Below, in pieces: positions 48,119 to 61,700 of a DNA stretch of 64,000 nt (positions are counted from its first letter, which is position 1; each line of letters starts with the position of its first letter). The position numbers and the translations under genes were made by a program. The notes beneath the pieces were generated by a model, which was not told the origin of the DNA, did no database searches, and worked only from the letters and a program-made list of their open reading frames with translations. The stretch lies in contig NW_026930396.1 in the NCBI RefSeq assembly GCF_032062105.1, positions 186,001 through 250,000 of the forward strand, given 5' to 3'. This DNA is from Saccostrea cucullata. Its lineage: Eukaryota.

Positions 48119-50024
48119 CACAATAAAATTACACTCCATTCAGACGCATCAGCTATAAATTCAGTCAATGATTTTTGTTTCTGGACAAATTAAATATGTT
48201 TATATCTGGTTTCTTAAACAAAGCTGAACACAGTTGAATTAAGTTAGACTAAAATCTTTTAGAAATGTGTGATCCTTTTTGAGAAAAAATACAAAGAATT
48301 CACAGAGTATACATTTTAATATAAAGGTTTTCTTTTGTTAAACATGTTCAAGAACAATGACAAAAATGCAATCATTGCCAAAGAAATTACAAGTGGGGTA
48401 AAGGAGGGAAGAAAAATTGGCCTCTTTAAAAACTGAACATAAAGTAACCTGAATTTTGTTTTTTTTTTCAAAAAATGAGAATGTAAATATTTAAACTAGT
48501 ACAGCAAAACACAATACATGAAATTCAGTAGATTTTATCAAATTTGCCTATTAATAAAAATCATATAACAATAAAAAAGATCATGTGACCATCTAGGAAC
48601 AATTAATTTGCAAAGAAGGGATACCCCAAGATTTATGTTTTGACCTTTTATTAATGCTGAAAGGTGTCTATAAATACAATGCCAAGCAAGCTACATCTAT
48701 GTGATACATTGAGCATTTACTAAAATTAAGCTACAAGTGTGCAACATGCCTGCTTAACTAGAGTCTGCTTACAAACTGTTACTTTTCTCATGTTTAAAAA
48801 TATTTAATCAATTAATTTATCAGTATACATTGTATAATCATCATATCTCTCTTTTTTAAAAAAAATATCTTTAGATCATCTTAAAGGAAATTGGAAGAAA
48901 AGGAAAGTTTGATGAGTGTGTTACTTTGTCCATGTACCTGTTAAAATGTAACTTACATGTAGAACAATCTTACATTTGATGTAAATGATAACATGAATAT
49001 CATTAACAATAGTCCAACATTCTTATACATTCCTGATGTCTTGTGTATACATGCAAAATAATATCACTTATATACAAATTCAGGTCTTTTTTAAAATTCA
49101 CATTAATTTTATTCTGCACTTACTGCAATTAAGCATACAATGTTTATAACATTTAAATATCCATCTTGTTTAGCTTCTCTTGCCATTAACATGTTTTTTT
49201 TTTTTTCTACATCACAGTCTAAATAGAGCAACATAAATTATAATATTGAAGTAAACAGCTTCATAACAAACACTTCTTTACTATATGACTTCCTCGTTTC
49301 CTCTTCTCTGTATTTGACAAAGAGCTTTCACTAATACATGTACCACTCTTAAGAATATACACTATCACATCTGGTGTAGCATAGTTTTACATATACTGAA
49401 ATTCTAAAAAAGGAAAGAAAAAAAAATGTTTTTCCTTTTTAGAACACTATAGGTAAAGTCTTCTTCTGAACTTGGAATTATTTTTACATTCAAAGGGGGA
49501 TAAATCTAATCTGTTTTTTTTTTTATTCAATTTTAAAAACTATACACTTTTTCATCTAAGACGCTGGATTGTTCAAAAACAAGCTGTAATGCATTTGAAA
49601 CCATGGTATTTGTAAAACATGACTGAAACATTCATTCATAAATTAAAGTCTGATGCACAAAGACATTATTCGATAGCTTTAAAGAAGGGGAAGAAAACCT
49701 TTTAATTACTACAGTATTTGTAAACTCCATCATGAAACCTCATTAAAAGTCAGCTGACAGGCCAATTTTTAGATAAGTCTTTACTATGTAACAGTACAAT
49801 GTATATGCATTTTTTAATATTACTTGTTGACAGCTTAAGACAATTCTATCATTGGAAGCAAAGACAGATTTTTCTTTGGGAATTACTTTTGTATAAACCT
49901 ATAATCTTAGTTAGACCTAGCATAGCCTAACATTTACTTTCTCCTTAGTAACATACATGTATTATTTTCATTTCAAATGCCAAAACTTTGCAAAAAAAAT
50001 TAATTTCAAAAACTGCTATCAATG

Positions 50025-50783
50025 CAGGGGCGTAGCTTGAACTAAAGTTCTAGTGAGGCAAAGCTAAATTGTGGCTGGGGGCCGGTCTGGGGCCACCTTA
50101 GGCCCCCCAGTAGGTCCAGGGCGGAGTCTTGTGGGAGGTTCAAGGGGGCGAAGCCACCAACGGAAATTGAATAGTTGGTTTTAGTATGTTAAAATGACAC
50201 TTGTCCTGGGCAGAAATATTGTGATTTTTCCGGCTTATTTTATGACTTTCAGCATTCATATGATACTATATGTACATACTGTATTTCAAAGTATTTAATA
50301 GAGTATAAAAATGTTTATTCTACCTTTTAACTCGCTTTTGGAAAAAAATTACATATTTTATTTATTTGTTTATTTATTTTTGAAATATGTAAATATGATT
50401 GAATTTGGGCATCATCTGAAAATATAATAAAATTAATAATTAGTTTACAGGGTTTGTGAAATACTTGATGCCGATTCTAGACTTTCATCTTTCCTTTTCC
50501 ATAGAAAGGATGTCAACTTTGCCTGCCCTTGTTTTTGTGATCCATATATATTTTCCCCAAAAATGCTTTTAGGTCTTAGAACTATAGAGCCTGATCTCAT
50601 AATGTTTGACCCAGAACCAGTACAATAATTTATAGATTTATTTAAATGATAAATAAAACAATTAGGTTTTAAGAAATAAATTAAATATTTTCTGCGATGA
50701 ATTATTGATTATGGGAAGGGGAATGTTGCTCAAAAATCTAGTGAGGCAATTGCCTCATTGCCACAATGGAAGCTACGCCCCTG
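50025..50783. mobile_element. Non-autonomous DNA transposon, TIR CAGGGGCGTAGCTT, 5-bp TSD CAATG
   Basis: CAATG|CAGGGGCGTAGCTT ... AAGCTACGCCCCTG|CAATG. Confidence 0.85.
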
Positions 50784-53700
50784 CAATGTATAGATATATC
50801 CAACACAAGCTATGTGTCTCCCAATTATTTTCCAAAATAGGAAGTTGAAAACATGTAATGTATTACAATTATTTGGTTGTAATTAAAGTACTATACAAGT
50901 AAATCTATGTTTTCATTCACTTAATATGGCACTAGTGCTTCTCCAAAGATGTAAACATATATATCTTCCTCTTTCATGTCTTCTATCTTTACATCTTTTA
51001 ACCATAATTACATGTACAGTTATAATTGACTTCTATTTTCATTCACAAACTACAAAAATTAATCTGTTTAAACTTTCATATATCATTCTGTTCATATATT
51101 AATACATATCTAGTACATCCATAAAACATTAATTTAGATTATTTTCCTTAATACATATAGAAATTTCCAGGGAATTTAACTTCCTCAATTTCTCATAATC
51201 ATTGAAAAAAAAAACCTGATCACAGCTAGTACACATTTATACAGAAAGCTGACAATTCTCTGTTATTTTAACAGGAAGAAGACCATGTATGGCACTTAAT
51301 CCAGTTCATGCTATTTATTCTACTTTACAAATATTTTGGCAATTTCTTCCAAACAGGCCAGAAAAAATTAAAGATTACAATTTCTCATGTGTAATACATT
51401 CTTGATGGTGTGTGGTGATGTGCATTTCTTTAATTATAAACTTTCATTTTTGGACAAGTTTTGTTAATAAAAGTAAAAACACTGTTAAAGTTTTCATGTT
51501 AAAGTGAGAAACGTCTATGAGTGGACATGCTTATGAGTGGACATGCTTTGAGGTGTTGGGATATGTTATGAAACTGACAAAAGGAATAATTTTTCAAATT
51601 GCACTTTAACCATGCACAGAACGACATACAAATGTGATTGAACATATTTTTGACTCATCAAAAATAAGGGGTTTTTTTTTCCTGTCATTACTTTTGATTT
51701 CATTTTTTGTCTTAATTTTTATACAAGTATAGATTTAGAAAGAATTCAAGTATGATTATTGAAAACAAATCCTTTCATGTTGTTGTCCCAACTCTACTTC
51801 TTAAGTGATAGTACATGTATGTTACAGTTTCATTTAATAAAAAAATATCTTTTGAATTTTTCTAAAAACCAGTAATAAACTGATGAGTTGTTAGTAAAAA
51901 AAAATCATGAATTTTTCCAAGTCATAAGTTGATGAGTTACTAGACTCTTGCACGTCAAAAACTCAAAATACATTTACCGGTACCTCAGGTTAACAGAGCT
52001 ATTGCATGGTTATTTACAAGTGATAATACCAGTAGGAGTTGAATAACAAATACTGTATGCACTAACTATACTGCAATCTCATGAAACCTACCATTCTAAG
52101 GATCTTTTATATTCTTTTAAAAATATTTTCTAAAACATTTTTTTCCTCAAAACTCATTATAGTGAAATAATGCTTTAAAGAAATTATAAATTGTAAAATA
52201 TATGATGACACTTAAAAAAAAACACATGGACTTGACTGTCTCATAAAGTGTAGATAAAACATGGAGGGTGAGAACGAGTTTTGAAATTCTCAATGCATAT
52301 TCTTGACTGATTGGTAGATGTTTTATGTAGTCATGGTAACATGCATGAAGGCAGCTGATTGGCTCTTTATCTGTGGGAGTAACAAAAAGCACTTATTCAG
52401 GTATTATGAAAAAGCCAGACAGGATCATATATGGTTTGATTCTTGGTTTTCATTGGTCATCTATCTTCTACCTGCAAAGTGAAAAGAACAACTGTTATTC
52501 CATTAAACAGCAAGACTGACAAGATTTCTAAACAGACACATTATGAACTTTAAGTTAAAACTTGATTATAAAATTCAAGAATATCACATCCAAGGATTCT
52601 GATATCATAGCCAGGGCAGGAGAAAATATTCAGCAAGAGCTTTCCAGGAAGTTATTTATAAGATATTTTATAATTTACTGAGAAAATAAAACTTGTTACT
52701 TCTCATATCACAATGTTATACTCTTTTTTTAAATATAAAATGTTGGTAATAATACAAAAGCTGTATGTCAGATTGCATATATAAACATGTATCAATTTCA
52801 TAATGTTGTCAAACACATTGATCACAATTATCTATAAAGTTCTTGTATAACCATATAATCAATAACAACAACCCCCTAATAATATTGTATATTGTGTGTC
52901 CACCCACACCACTAAAGGCCGTTTCTCATCAATCAAATCAATATTGAAACCTGTCCAATACACAAGAAGGACAATGATAATTAATGGTTGTATGTTGTGA
53001 GAGGGGAAAATGGCTTGACATGAGTCATTTCATTGTTGATATTTACCTAGTATTACCTACTGTATGCCATACATTCTATAATTCATTTAAAAAAAGAGGC
53101 TCATGTGTCACATATAATTGATATATTAAACTTCGATCACCCATTGTGGCCCCTCCATAGTCCTAGAAGTCATCATATGAACCATCTAAATCTACACTAT
53201 ATAAAGATTTGACCCTATCAATATGATGGTTTGTAAGAAGATTTTTCCAAAATATTCTTGTGTAAAAATTTGGTTGCCCATTGTGTCACAGTGATCCCAC
53301 CCTAACAGGGGAGCCTTTGGCTCAAGTGTGCTAAAAACAAGTCATGAATTCACATTCAATGAAATAATGATCTGAGATATTCTTGTTGCATTCATACCAT
53401 GTTATATGTATTTTAGATCTATCAGATTTATAAACAGGGAAGGACATCATATTTTACATCAGTATTGCAAACACTTAAGTGATTTACATTTTCTTTTCAA
53501 AGGCATAAAAAAGTACAAGCACTTTTCTCTGATGGAGATAACTTCGAAGTAATTGAACAAAAAACCTTCCAGTACGCAGTACACATTCTTAAGTACATGC
53601 ACGGCATGTCACACATTTTTGTACATGTGGGAGATTCTCCTGTGTACATGTTTACATTATTTAAACCTGTAATCAGAGTACCAGTATGTGTGGGAAATTT

Positions 53701-55572
53701 TACTCTAGTAGGTTTTATAATTACACTATGTACACATATGCTTACAATATACACAGAGATTCCTAGTTTAGCCTATGATAATCTTGGTAAACAGGGTATG
53801 TTTATAAACCCATGGATTAGAAGTAGTTGTCACTTCCTAATCTGACATTCCACAGAATTTAATCCCCTCTGATTATATTCATGTAAATCGGATCGAGAAT
53901 CATTCCCTTCCCAGCAGTCCTCTCTGTCACTGAATACAAACTAATACGCCTTTTGTCACTCATCAATAGCTATAGCTTTATCTGTTTACTGATTATAATT
54001 ACATGCATAATACAAGAATTAAAATGTAATGAAAAATGTGCACTTCAAACATCAGCAAACACTTAGATATACTGTATGCAAAAATACTTAACATTTCAGT
54101 CAATTTACATCATGCAGATATACATGTGTTCATTAAGCAAGTTTCTATGAAATAAAATCTACGTTTTGGTTTTTTTTTTCCAAATATGACTTTGCGTTCA
54201 GTGTCTTAATGGTTCAGATAGATGCTACTATTCAAAACCTACTTAGTACAGACATGCACATAATATTCAACAGTACATGTAGACATTTTTATTAAATTAA
54301 TAATGAAACACTTAAGAATTCCTGTCAGTTTCTCAACATTATGCCTAGAAATTTGGAAACATTCTGTAAACAGTACAAAGTGTTTGTGCAAAAAAAAATA
54401 ATTCTGTCTTAGTTTGGATACCGTTAATTCAATGAAATCATATAGCTCATATTAATGTGGATGAAGCATTTGCACAACTAAATATGTATTAAAGAATTTT
54501 TTTTTATTAATGTCCTGGCAAATTGTAATTAAATGCTGAATTATCATTTACATGATTAAAATATCAGCTATTTTAAAATGAGAATTTTTAATATGAAGCC
54601 CAACATGTATACACTGTCACATGCTCAAAGAGGATTCATTCACAAATTTCAAATCATAAATCATACTATATATGTATACATTAATACAAAATCTTTCAGT
54701 CATGTACATCAGTGTGTTACTGTGTATTGATGTTGACCTTTTATCGTGTGTATTAGTCAAATCGGTGATGAATAATGCAACTGTATCCTTTTGACTCCTC
54801 TCAAGTACACTGTACAATATGTCCTGATTTAATTTCTTGTGTACTGTCCTCATTTTTCACTTGTCATTACAATAAATGACAGTAGTGAAGACGTATCGTG
54901 TGAAGCACTCATACAATTTAAGTGATTAAACAATTAAAATGACCCAAACTCCACCTCCAGTATTCTGAATAAATATTGTTTTAAATCAACATTTTTAAAA
55001 TTGCAAGTTGTCTGTGATCAACTCTGTCATGTATTTGTGAAATGACAATTGACCATAAGCATTCATCAAATGTGGTAAAACAATAGATAAAAATCAACAT
55101 CTAAACTTTCTTCCTTGACTTTCAGATATTTATAGGTCTACGTATTTCATAATATTTATAAATTAACTTAGCAACAGTAAAATGGCAAAAAGGACTTTTT
55201 AACATGTTTAATTATAGTTAAATTGTGAACACATAAAGATGTTTACTGCATGTGAAACTAAAATGACAAACATTGTAGACTTAACACACAGCTTAAGTTA
55301 TGAATCCCTATAATTGTTGGAGAGCTCTTAGTATCTGTTCTCTTCCTGAAATCTTTGAAAAAAAGGACAAGTACAAAAAGACAAGTACATAGTGGGTGTT
55401 TAGATCATCTAGAAAAGAAAAAAAATATACAAGTATGAAATGCTCTGCATAGCACATGCAAGACAGGAAGCTAGACATGGTATTATCATTAATCACATAA
55501 ATGACATATTCCAGATTTAATCTAATTTCATTCAGTGGAAACTATGAATGGCAGAATCCCCAATTACCTTTT

Positions 55573-56118
55573 TCACAAAACCACACAACGACAGCATTTT
55601 GCCTTTTCCTTCACTGGACTAGTGTTCATTTCTCGGACAATTTCTATAAAGATCTCATTCACATTTTGAGTAATTTTAGCGGAGGTTTCCAGAAATGGAC
55701 ATCCCCACATTTGTCCCAGAGCCTCCCCCTCTGAACGTGGTACTTCACGTTGATGATCCAGATCTGCTTTGTTTCCAACTAATATCATGGGTATATTTTC
55801 AATTCCTTTGACACGAATGATTTGTTCTTTCATAGTTTTTATGTCTTGGAACGTTTGAAGACTTGTTATACTATAAACAATGACGAAACCTTGTCCATTT
55901 TTAATGTACAGATCTCTCATGGAGGCAAACTGCTCGGTACCAGCAGTGTCTAAGATTTCTAACACAGACGGAGCAGAATCGACCTCTATCTCCTTTCTGT
56001 AAAAGTCTTCGATCGTTGGGTCATATTTTTCCATGAAAGTCCCGGATACAAACTTCACTGTAAGGGCACTCTTACCAACACCACCACTTCCCAGAACTAC
56101 AACTTTGTACTCCCGCAT
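55573..56118 (-). CDS. RAP2: Ras-related protein Rap-2 (intronless CDS, 181 aa)
   Basis: [20 protein letters not shown], effector [11 protein letters not shown] (Rap2-specific F), [31 protein letters not shown], and C-terminal CCRCVVL CAAX. Confidence 0.97.
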   Translation of the reverse strand: MREYKVVVLGSGGVGKSALTVKFVSGTFMEKYDPTIEDFYRKEIEVDSAPSVLEILDTAGTEQFASMRDLYIKNGQGFVIVYSITSLQTFQDIKTMKEQIIRVKGIENIPMILVGNKADLDHQREVPRSEGEALGQMWGCPFLETSAKITQNVNEIFIEIVREMNTSPVKEKAKCCRCVVL

Positions 56119-56342
56119 GTTGATTTTGATTTAGTGTACTCTGAGAAATCGGTGTCGAAAAACAAGTTCGACAATCAAAAAGTATTTTTTGAATGACTCA
56201 TCGCAATAACTTCTTCATATTGTGAAAACTGGTCTTTAAGATCGAATATATTTTCCCTCTGAACTTTTTTTCTTGAAATCACAGATATGTTAAAACAAAG
56301 AAATTAACTTCACAAGTAAGGGATAGGCCTCTTTCACCTTCT

Positions 56343-56352
56343 CGCCATTTTG
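56343..56352 (-). promoter_or_regulatory. YY1-like motif (CAAAATGGCG) upstream of the Rap2 CDS
   Basis: CGCCATTTTG on the + strand about 225 nt upstream of the ATG, where the sequence turns from UTR-like to AT-rich. Motif match only. Confidence 0.4.
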
Positions 56353-57543
56353 GGTGGGCGATGGTGCTTATGTACCTTCAAAACAGAAAAGTTCTACTAA
56401 AGGGCGCATAACTCTGCAGATATAATTTTTCAATTGTAGGCTTAATATTTGTTTCAACTTTGTTTTTAATTTTAGATACTTGTTTTCCCCCTCATAGTAA
56501 AACATGATAAACGAAAAAAGGAAGAAAGAAAGAAACTATTTTGTTTGATTAATTGGTGCTGTAAGGACAAGCACAGAAAATTCCAGGATTTGAACATTAA
56601 AACGAAAGCTACTCCCCCCTTTTCCCAAGAAATAGGGATGTTGAGTTCTGAAAATTTACTCTTTTTTGGCTTGTCGGTTCTGCAAATCCTCCAAACTTAC
56701 ACTTTGTAAATCGTACAAGATGTACCTGATATAGCTCTCTTGCCAACACATCAAGACAGATTTTTGCAACACTAGATAGTAGATATATATATATATATTT
56801 AAAAAAAAAAAAAAAAAAAACATGCTCAACTTTAACACCACCTTTCAGAGCAGCTAAAATTATTTCAATTTATAATGTATTCTCGCTTTTAATAAACACA
56901 TTACCGTGTTTTTAAATTTCAAAAACTAATTGAAACTGTCAATACAAAACTGTTGTACAAAAGTGAAAATTATAATTATTATCATCTCAATCGGATGTTT
57001 AATATTATTTAATTTCATCTTAATTGTAAAATACTATATTTATTTTCATTTTGAAATCTTATATTTAATAAATTTGATGTAGTTAACAGGCGCGGATCCA
57101 GAATTTTTTTTGGGGGGAGGGGGGTTCCACTCAAGTCTATAAAAAATCCAACCCAGAAATATTTCTTGAGAAGTAAAAAAAAAATAAATAAATAAAAAAA
57201 AATAAATGAATTTAAAAAAATATTAAAAAAAAAAAAAAAAAACAAACAAACAAACAAAAAAACGGAAATATTCATTTCCCAAAAATGAAAAACTTGAAAC
57301 CTAATTCGTTGGCGCGGGGGAGGGGGGGGGTGTGACATTTAAAATTTCATACCAGTGACTTTTCATAAAAATTTCGCTTAGATCAGTGTTTTCGAGGAGG
57401 AATCAGCGTTTTCTTTGCGGGGGGGGGTTTGTTTAAGTCTGTAAAACGTCAGATATTTCGGACTATGTCACTACATATCTATATGTAAACAATTTACAAG
57501 CATATATTGAATCTCACATACATAGTATATATGCAAGTTCATA

Positions 57544-58229
57544 CAGATGTGTGCCAAAAGTGAAGGTAATTTTTTTTTTCTATATATTTCACTGAAAACT
57601 ACATATTGTAACATCACTGGTATAACAACATTTCTTGACAGATTTTATCACAAATTTCTTGATAATCCAAGAAATTGTTGTAGCTGATAAAAACATTTTT
57701 TATCTGATCAGCATTGATATTTTAAAAATATTGTAATTTAACTGCGACATGAATTTTTAAGTCACATACTTTATTCAAAATATGATGTCAACAGATTGAA
57801 ACTGCCTTATCACTCATTTCATATTTCGCTCTGCATAACGTTTTCGAAACTGCAATTCTTTATCGTAAACAGGTTTTGATTACAATTTTTAAGTGTGCCA
57901 CAAAATAAAACTATTTCAAATGTTGACATTTGAAAGAAATTCAAATAAGATCACATGACTGAATCAGCAAGATGGTAGATCACCGTTGACGTCCGAGGTT
58001 ATGTGCGAGGTACGAGTCATCCGAGGAACTCCGAGTGTACTTACAAAGAATTCAATATATAGTCAACATTGAACTTGAATTTTAGAACTGACGTGAACTA
58101 TCTTTTTAAACTGGACAAAAAAGGACTATTTGCCTATGATTTGAAAAAAAAGTTGTTTTCAATGGAATATATAGGGGGGGGGGGGTGCTAGAGCAAAATG
58201 AAATTATCTTCACTTTTGGCACTCAACTG
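57544..58229. mobile_element. Tc1/mariner-type MITE
   Basis: TA|CAGATGTGTGCCAAAAGTGAAGGTAATTT ... AAATTATCTTCACTTTTGGCACTCAACTG|TA. Confidence 0.82.
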
Positions 58230-58710
58230 TACTTCTATAATTAATTCATGTAATTAATCATGATCGATACTGTACATCTGATAATCAGATAATTGATGTT
58301 ACGTACAGAAATATTTAAGCAAAAATAGAATTCTCAGAAATACACAATTAATACTCAGGAAGAAGACAAGATTGATGATAGCATCGTGAACAAAGAATAA
58401 ATTAATGTGCGCTAATTTTTTAAGTTCAGCTTCGATTACAAACGTAAATATATTTTCGATATATTTAATTGAGAGGGTAGTGGATTAATCCAGAGACATA
58501 TAAAACCATTTTATATGTCTCTGATTAATTCTACGTAATTTTGTGAACGTTCTGACAGGCTAGTCGTCGGAGATTTACGGAAACAACCGAACATCTCGTT
58601 GAACGAGAACTTTGTGAACTCTTCTGTGTGGAGGTGAGATTTTCTGTCACCGAGATTTCCGGTCTGTCGGTGCGAGGGCTGTCTGGGCGCAGATTGTTTT
58701 ATAGATCAGA

Positions 58711-61700
58711 ATGGTTGTAGAGTGTGTGCACTTGGAGGCCGATGCCTATATGGTGTGTTTAACACATGCATTATCGACAGAAAGAGAAGAAGTAATGGGA
58801 TTACTCATAGGGGAGGTAATATTACTAAATGGCGCAGTGACCCAGTTTCTCTCTCAGCTGATCAGCTGGAAGCCGGTCAAGCGTGGAAAATATATACATT
58901 AATTAAGAAGAAAAGCGCCTAAACTCATACTGTTTAAGCAAAATACTTTACATATAAATTTCTTTAAGTATGCCATTTGACATATCAAGCTTCTCGTTGT
59001 TTAATTTAAGAAGGCAAACAGGTATCATGTTAAAACATGAAGAAAGACATGCATGTTTCATGTTATTAAAGCTTTTTTCTGTAGGCCTAATGCATTCTTT
59101 TAGGTTGATGAAAATCGTGCCCTACACATATACTCTGTTATCATGTTAAGGAGATCTGACAAACAACCGGACAGAGTGGAAATCTCCCCGGAGCAACTCT
59201 CGGACGCCTCCAGCAAAGCAGAGGTAATTCTTATCTTTCAGAATAATCAAGACAGTTCATTCTTTGGTAAAAAGAGGGTCATTAGGAGATATGTAATTTG
59301 GTGTTTATCCGAGAATTCTTATGAGAGGTAATACTGCAGGGCTCTCGATTCTCTAAAATTGGGGCCGTTCAACGGCCCCGTTCCCAATGCAAAAAAGGTA
59401 CCTTTTTTCCCAAAAGAAAGGTGTAAATTTCCCAATTTCCATCCAGAGTAAAATATTAATTAAAAAATAAAAGTCCATCAAACCTAATCGCAAAAAAAAA
59501 CCGCAAACAAAACACATTTGCAAATGAAAGTGAAACTGTACTACTATTTTATTTGTTCGCGCCAAATGCATTCGTAAACTGGTTCGGGGAACCAGGTTAT
59601 TGTTTTTACAAAAATGTACAACTATAGTGCAGAGTATCTTGTTAATTTAGACAAAAACCAGCATTTTGGTTTCAAAAATAGACATTTCATTTAAATATTA
59701 GTAAGCTGCACCTAGAAACATACCCGCGCTTCATTTTCAGTCTGCTGTAGGTAAGCAGAGTTGCCCATGTGATCGAGGAAATTCGGGACTATGTGACTAG
59801 CGACTGTCACGCAGTAAGACATATAACCGCAATATCAACACTCAAAGATAGTAATGACAAAGCTAAATATGTGCTTTCATAAATAGCCTACGTACCCATG
59901 TTTGTTCTTTTTAACTGTTTATTCAAACCAGAGTTAGCATTGATAATAAAATGCAATGAATTTGTGTTGTCCAACTTTTCCCAAAATGACGATAATTTTC
60001 CCAATTTGAACGGCCCCGGCCCCAGTCCCAAAAAGTGGTGTGAGAGCCCTGTACTGTTGCTATAGCAGTATAGTTGATTATAGAATAATCTGTCTGTGTA
60101 ATAGGACAGGCTGTCATCAACTTTAAGGTCGATGCATGAATGAAATCATATCAGTTTTAAATTTAAGTTTGCCAATTTATATAACAAGCTAACAATCCAT
60201 CCACCATCACTCTCAATCTATGCAAAAGACATCGGACTTGACCAGTGTGCAGTGCCTCTGGTTCGATGCAACATTTTTTATGGAATGTCTGCATGACTCT
60301 CAGTCTTGAAGGCAGTGTCTGGTTTTGAGCTTTACTTTTTTGACGCAGAGTCATTAAAAGGTTTGGAAAATATTACACAAATCCAAGTACGATGGACCGT
60401 CTACATTTGAATACTTTGCTAGAGAAGAATAAAATATCAATTATAATATTACATGTACTAGTACATGTTTAATAATTAAGTTGTCCTTGGTTCCGCATTT
60501 TCACATGTTTTTCTTTTTTACATAAGTATTTCTTGGTCTTACAAAAAATGGGTTTGGCCTTTTGTGTTCATTCATTACAACAGACCTGATGTTCTATGTT
60601 ATCCAAAAACTTCTGCATACTAGACAGCACTCAGTTAACTAGATCCACATTAAGCCACCTTCCTGGCCTTAATCCTGGAAGTCTGGAACCTTTCACTGTG
60701 CCAGAGTGATTCTCTCAGCTTACCGGTAGTCTACAGTCAATGGACAAAAGTATTTGTCATTTTCAAAATGGCGTCTTAGTTTATGTTCACAACAGGTGTT
60801 TTAAACGGGAAGATTTGTATACTTAAAATTGAAGTTACTTACCTAATATTTGGTCAGATTTCCTTTCATACGGATTACTTCTTTAATCCGGTCTGGAATG
60901 GATGCGTAGAGGCTGTGGACGTATTCCAAGGGGATATTTTCCCCCACTTGTCTAATTGCTTTAAACAGCTGAACATGACTTTCAATAGTTGCAGACATGC
61001 CTTTAAGCTCTGTTTTGATCTTCAACCAATTTTTTCAATCACATTTAAATCTGGAGACTGAGCTGGCCAATCTGTGCAGTAAATATTATTTTCGGTCATG
61101 TAGTTTTTCACTACAAGAGCCCTATGTACGGGGGCATTATTGTCTTGGAAAACATAGTCTTTGTTCGGAAAATGTCTGGCAATTAGAGGCCATGAATTAT
61201 TGTCAACTATTTCCAAGTTGAGAGCATTTATATTACCTTCGACAGATACAATAGTTCCCATACCATCAAAACACATGCATCCCCAGATCATAAGTGTTAC
61301 CCTCCTTTTCGATGGCAGACAAATCAAATGGGGACTGTTCGCTTCGGCGTCCTTTCTCCATACATATACGTGGTTATCTGTCCTGATAACAATCTGACTC
61401 TCATTGCAAAATGTATATTTTTTCCATTCTTTATCACTTTTCCAGTTTTTTCGTTCTCGACACCATTTTAACCGCTTTTTTCTGTTCACACGTCAAACCA
61501 CCATAGTTTTCCTTGCACGTTTCCTTTTGTACCCTTCTTCACATAATTTTCTAAATACTGTTTTTTCACTAAATTGTCTTCCTCTTCCTTCATTCAGTTT
61601 GTTAAATCTGTCAAAGTGTCCCTTCTGTTTGCCTTAGCGAGACGACTCAACTTCGTCTTGTCCCGAGTTGTAATCAAAAGTCAACGGCCAGATCTTGGCA

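Noticed and set aside
57087-57345. CAGGCGCGGATCCAG/poly-G element and Phe-rich ORF
   Set aside because: Probably the end of a repeat element, but no matching second terminus was found. The ORF is a low-complexity artefact.
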